Shown in pieces: positions 36,268 through 39,280 of a stretch of DNA of 39,280 nucleotides. The stretch is taken from the NCBI RefSeq assembly GCF_001194135.2, contig NC_068983.1, positions 67,495,879-67,535,158 on the forward strand, given 5' to 3'. The DNA is from Octopus bimaculoides. Its lineage: Eukaryota. Position 1 is the stretch's first letter. Every line of letters begins with the position of its first letter. The notes below the pieces were generated by a model, which was not told where the DNA came from, made no database searches, and saw only the letters and a list, made by a program, of their open reading frames with translations. Position numbers and translations under genes: made by a program.

Positions 36268-36675
36268 ATACTCAGGTTCTAAGGTCTATGTAATAGACTC
36301 TACCCTTTCCCTTAAATTTGATACTTATGTAAGAAATTAATATTCATGCCTATATTTTTGAAAGCTTTTATCTCTGTTCGTCGTAGATGTCTTATTTCTG
36401 GTTGAGTATCGCAGTACAAGACTAGATTCGGACTAGGAAACAGAACAAAATACCAGATGATGATAGGAGGTCAATCAATCGAAAAGTGGCGTAAATGTAA
36501 ATATTGTTTTAAATTTCATCGCTGAAGATCACTCTCGTAGTTGGCGATAGGGGCGGCACACACCGAATGTCAAAATAATTATATTTCAAGAAAGGATGTT
36601 TGACATGTGTCGTATTTGCACAACAGTTAGGTGATATGAGGTTGGCATATATACATACATACATACATACATACA

Positions 36676-36707
<32 letters not shown>

Positions 36708-36904
36708 ATATGAGTGTTATAATATAACTGCTGAGCAATAGTGTTGTTGGTTACAGGATTCTAATGGACAAATCGCTGATTCACTGAATTTCTGCGAATG
36801 ACAAGTGAGTGTCAGTAGCTTGGTACAGAGCCAATATCGCAAATATTGTTTGAATTTCGTTTCTAAGAGAACCGTTTTCTAGTCATGCTGAAGCACCCTT
36901 CAAA

Positions 36905-36948
36905 GCGGTGCCCCAGCACGGCCGCAGTACTGAAATAAAAAGATAAGA
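36905..36948 (+). mobile_element. Isolated SINE/LINE 3' tail
   Basis: GCGGTGCCCCAGCACGGCCGCAGTACTGAAATAAAAAGATAAG. Confidence 0.6.
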
Positions 36949-36968
36949 CACTTACACACACACACAAA

Positions 36969-37028
<60 letters not shown>

Positions 37029-37033
<5 letters not shown>

Positions 37034-38010
37034 AGTAAGGCAAAAATTATATGCACCCTTTTGTAATTTATTAAAATAAAAGCAGTGGTTCAACATTTAC
37101 AAACATTTTCTGAAATAGTTCCTTTGATTTTCGATGCATTTCTTCCAGCGGTCCACAAGTTTGCTTATTCCATCGGAGAAAGAAGTTTTCTGCTGGTCGC
37201 GCAGCCATATATTCACCGCTTCCTGTGCTTCTGCATTCGTAGCAAAGCGACGACCTCGTAAAAGATGTTTGAGCGGCCCAAAGAGTTGATAGTCAGAAGG
37301 GCTGAGAAGTGGATTCTGTGTAGTAACTCGTTCTAGCCACTCGAAACCCAATCTTTCAGTGGTTTCAACGGTGTAGGCGGCCGTATGTGGGCGTGCATTG
37401 TTGTGTAACACTGGCACTTGATTTGACAATAGACCACGATGTTTGGTATGAATTACTGGTTTCAGTTTGTTTGCCAAGATTTCACTGTAGCCTACACTGG
37501 TAACTGTAGACCACTTTTATCAATTAATGTTTCAGTATAGACTCTTTTGCATTCTGAAAACAAAAACAGCAGCATTTTTTCTGTGGATAGTTGAATCTTC
37601 AATTTCATTTTTTTTTTAATGGCAATTCCGGATGTGTTCACTGCATACTCTGCCTTTTAGATTCAAAGCGTTGGACCCAGATCTCATTCCAGATTTCAAA
37701 GTATTGGAACCAGATCTCATACCCCTTGACTATCCTCTCCAAAAAAGCTTTGCCTGCATCGTTGTAGCGGTCTAGTAAGCGTTGATAGATTTCCACACGA
37801 CAGTGCTTATGCTCTTCTGTAAATTCTCTTGGCAACCATCTTGCACAGACTTTATGGAAGCGATTTCGTATGCAGATCAACGACAAATTTTCAGAGGACA
37901 TGTCACTTCATCGATGGTCACTCCTCGGTTCGCCAGAACCATCTCTAGAGCTTGTTGAATCTTCACTTCAGTGGTAGAGGTTGATGGGCGTCCTGCTCCC
38001 ACTTCGTTTT
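37029..38010 (-). mobile_element. Degenerate mariner-like transposon, 5' end missing
   Basis: In order on the minus strand: GAGRPSTSTT...VTIDEV, KVCARWLPREFTEEHK, FLERIVKGYEIW, LHNNARPHTA...LSPSDYQLFGPLK, GISKLVDRWKKC. TIR-like ACGAGAGTAAGGCAAAAATTAT at 37029. Second catalytic D appears as N; spacing counts to 35 here, versus 34 typical of mariner. Confidence 0.85.
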
Positions 38011-38095
38011 TATATTATTTACTTGGGATTTTTTCTTGTTATTGTTTATTGTCAGTTCTTTGTTATTGTTATTTCTGTTGTTATAACTGTTCAGT

Positions 38096-38484
38096 GGAGG
38101 CGCAATGGCCCAGTGGTTAGGGCAGCGGACTCGCGGTCATAGGATAGCGGTTTCGATTCCCAGAACACGCATTGTGAGTGTTTATTGAGCGAAAACACCT
38201 AAAGGTTCACGAGGCTCCGGCAGGGGATGGTGGCGAACCCTGCTGTACTCTTTCACCACAGCTTTCTCTCACTCTTACTTCCTGTTTCTGTCGTATCTGT
38301 AATTCAAAGGGTCAGCCTTGTCACACTGTGTCACGCTGAATATCCTCGAGAAATACGTTAAGGGTACACGTGTCTGTGGAGTGCTCAGCCACTTGCACGT
38401 TAATTTCACGAGCAGGCTGTTCCATTGATCGGATCAACTGGAACCCTCGACGTCGTAAGCGATGGAGTGCCAACGAACGAACGA
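38096..38484 (+). mobile_element. Full-length OR-like tRNA(Arg)-derived octopus SINE
   Basis: A box TGGCCCAGTGG at 38106-38116, TCG anticodon-like loop, B box GGTTTCGATTCC at 38149-38160, ~390 bp body, short (AACG)n tail. Family name is from recall. Confidence 0.8.
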
Positions 38485-38726
38485 TTACTATTCAACTCAA
38501 GATTTACCCTAGTCTACCAAACCTTTAGTTAATGAGGTTCCAGCAGTGGTTTCCCAATATATTTAGAAGTATCTAGGTCTGCATTATCTGATGCTTCCTT
38601 TCTTTGTCTAATTTGTGAAATATTTTATTGTTACTTCTAGCATATCGAACAACCGTGTAGAGTTTCTTTTAACAATTATGTTGATGGTGGTAGCAGTTGT
38701 ACTGGCAAAGCTGGTAAAGCAAATGG

Positions 38727-38785
38727 AATGATGATGATGACGACGACGACGACGATGATGGTGGTGGTGGTGGTGGTGGTGGTGG

Positions 38786-38825
<40 letters not shown>

Positions 38826-38850
38826 AATGATCATGATGATCATGATGATG
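38727..38850. repeat. Compound (GAT)n/(GAC)n/(GGT)n microsatellite
   Basis: Direct inspection; source of the poly-M/V/T/I ORFs. Confidence 0.95.
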
Positions 38851-39190
38851 ATAACGATGTTAATGGAGGTTGTGGTATTGCTGGAGATAATGATAGAGAT
38901 TATGAGAGGAGGATAAAGAAGCAGAAGGCTTGAAGGGAGGCGGAGGAGGAAAGGGCGGAGAAAAATCTGAATCCCACCTTCCATTTTATATATTGAAACC
39001 ATTCCAATGTAGTATCAGCTCTGTGTTATTTAGCTGACGGTTATCGCCAACAGACTAACCCCTGGGTGGGAAGGATGTTTAAGGGCAATGAATATAACCG
39101 TGAATGGAAAGTTAAGCCCAGGCAAAGAAAGACAGGTGAAGGACAAGCGGAAGATAAACGTGATGCACACGACTGATAATAGGCATCGGC

Positions 39191-39244
<54 letters not shown>

Positions 39245-39280
39245 GGTGATGGTGATGGTGGTGGTGGTGGTGGTGGTTGT
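39191..39280. repeat. (AGT)n then (GGT)n microsatellite
   Basis: Direct inspection. Confidence 0.95.

Noticed and set aside
38096-38165. tRNA-Arg-like sequence
   Set aside because: It is the head of a ~390-bp SINE, lacks a proper acceptor stem and continues into the SINE body; not a tRNA gene.
38676-39002. Poly-M/V/T/I ORFs
   Set aside because: Translation of trinucleotide microsatellites; no coding evidence.

Overview
AT-rich eukaryotic sequence, dense in microsatellites and with many N gaps. The SINE families resemble octopus/cephalopod repeats (inference from recall, not a search). I cannot support any host protein-coding exon, and most listed ORFs are microsatellite or gap artefacts. 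The window is a graveyard of transposable elements. These include a 5'-truncated CR1-clade LINE, a Penelope-like (PLE) RT fragment with an open frame of about 210 aa, two DD37D (maT-like) and one mariner-like DNA transposons, a probable non-autonomous Helitron, fossil RTE-type fragments and many tRNA-derived SINEs. The most interesting signals are in RNA structure. There is a canonical-core type I hammerhead ribozyme fold on the minus strand (7747-7857). A second, variant-core minimal hammerhead (29477-29513) lies inside a 76-bp inverted-repeat foldback. Both sit in T-rich elements whose ribozyme-sense strand ends in CCC(AT)n. The CR1 LINE also ends in the same 3' tail motif as several SINEs in the window, suggesting a LINE/SINE partnership.
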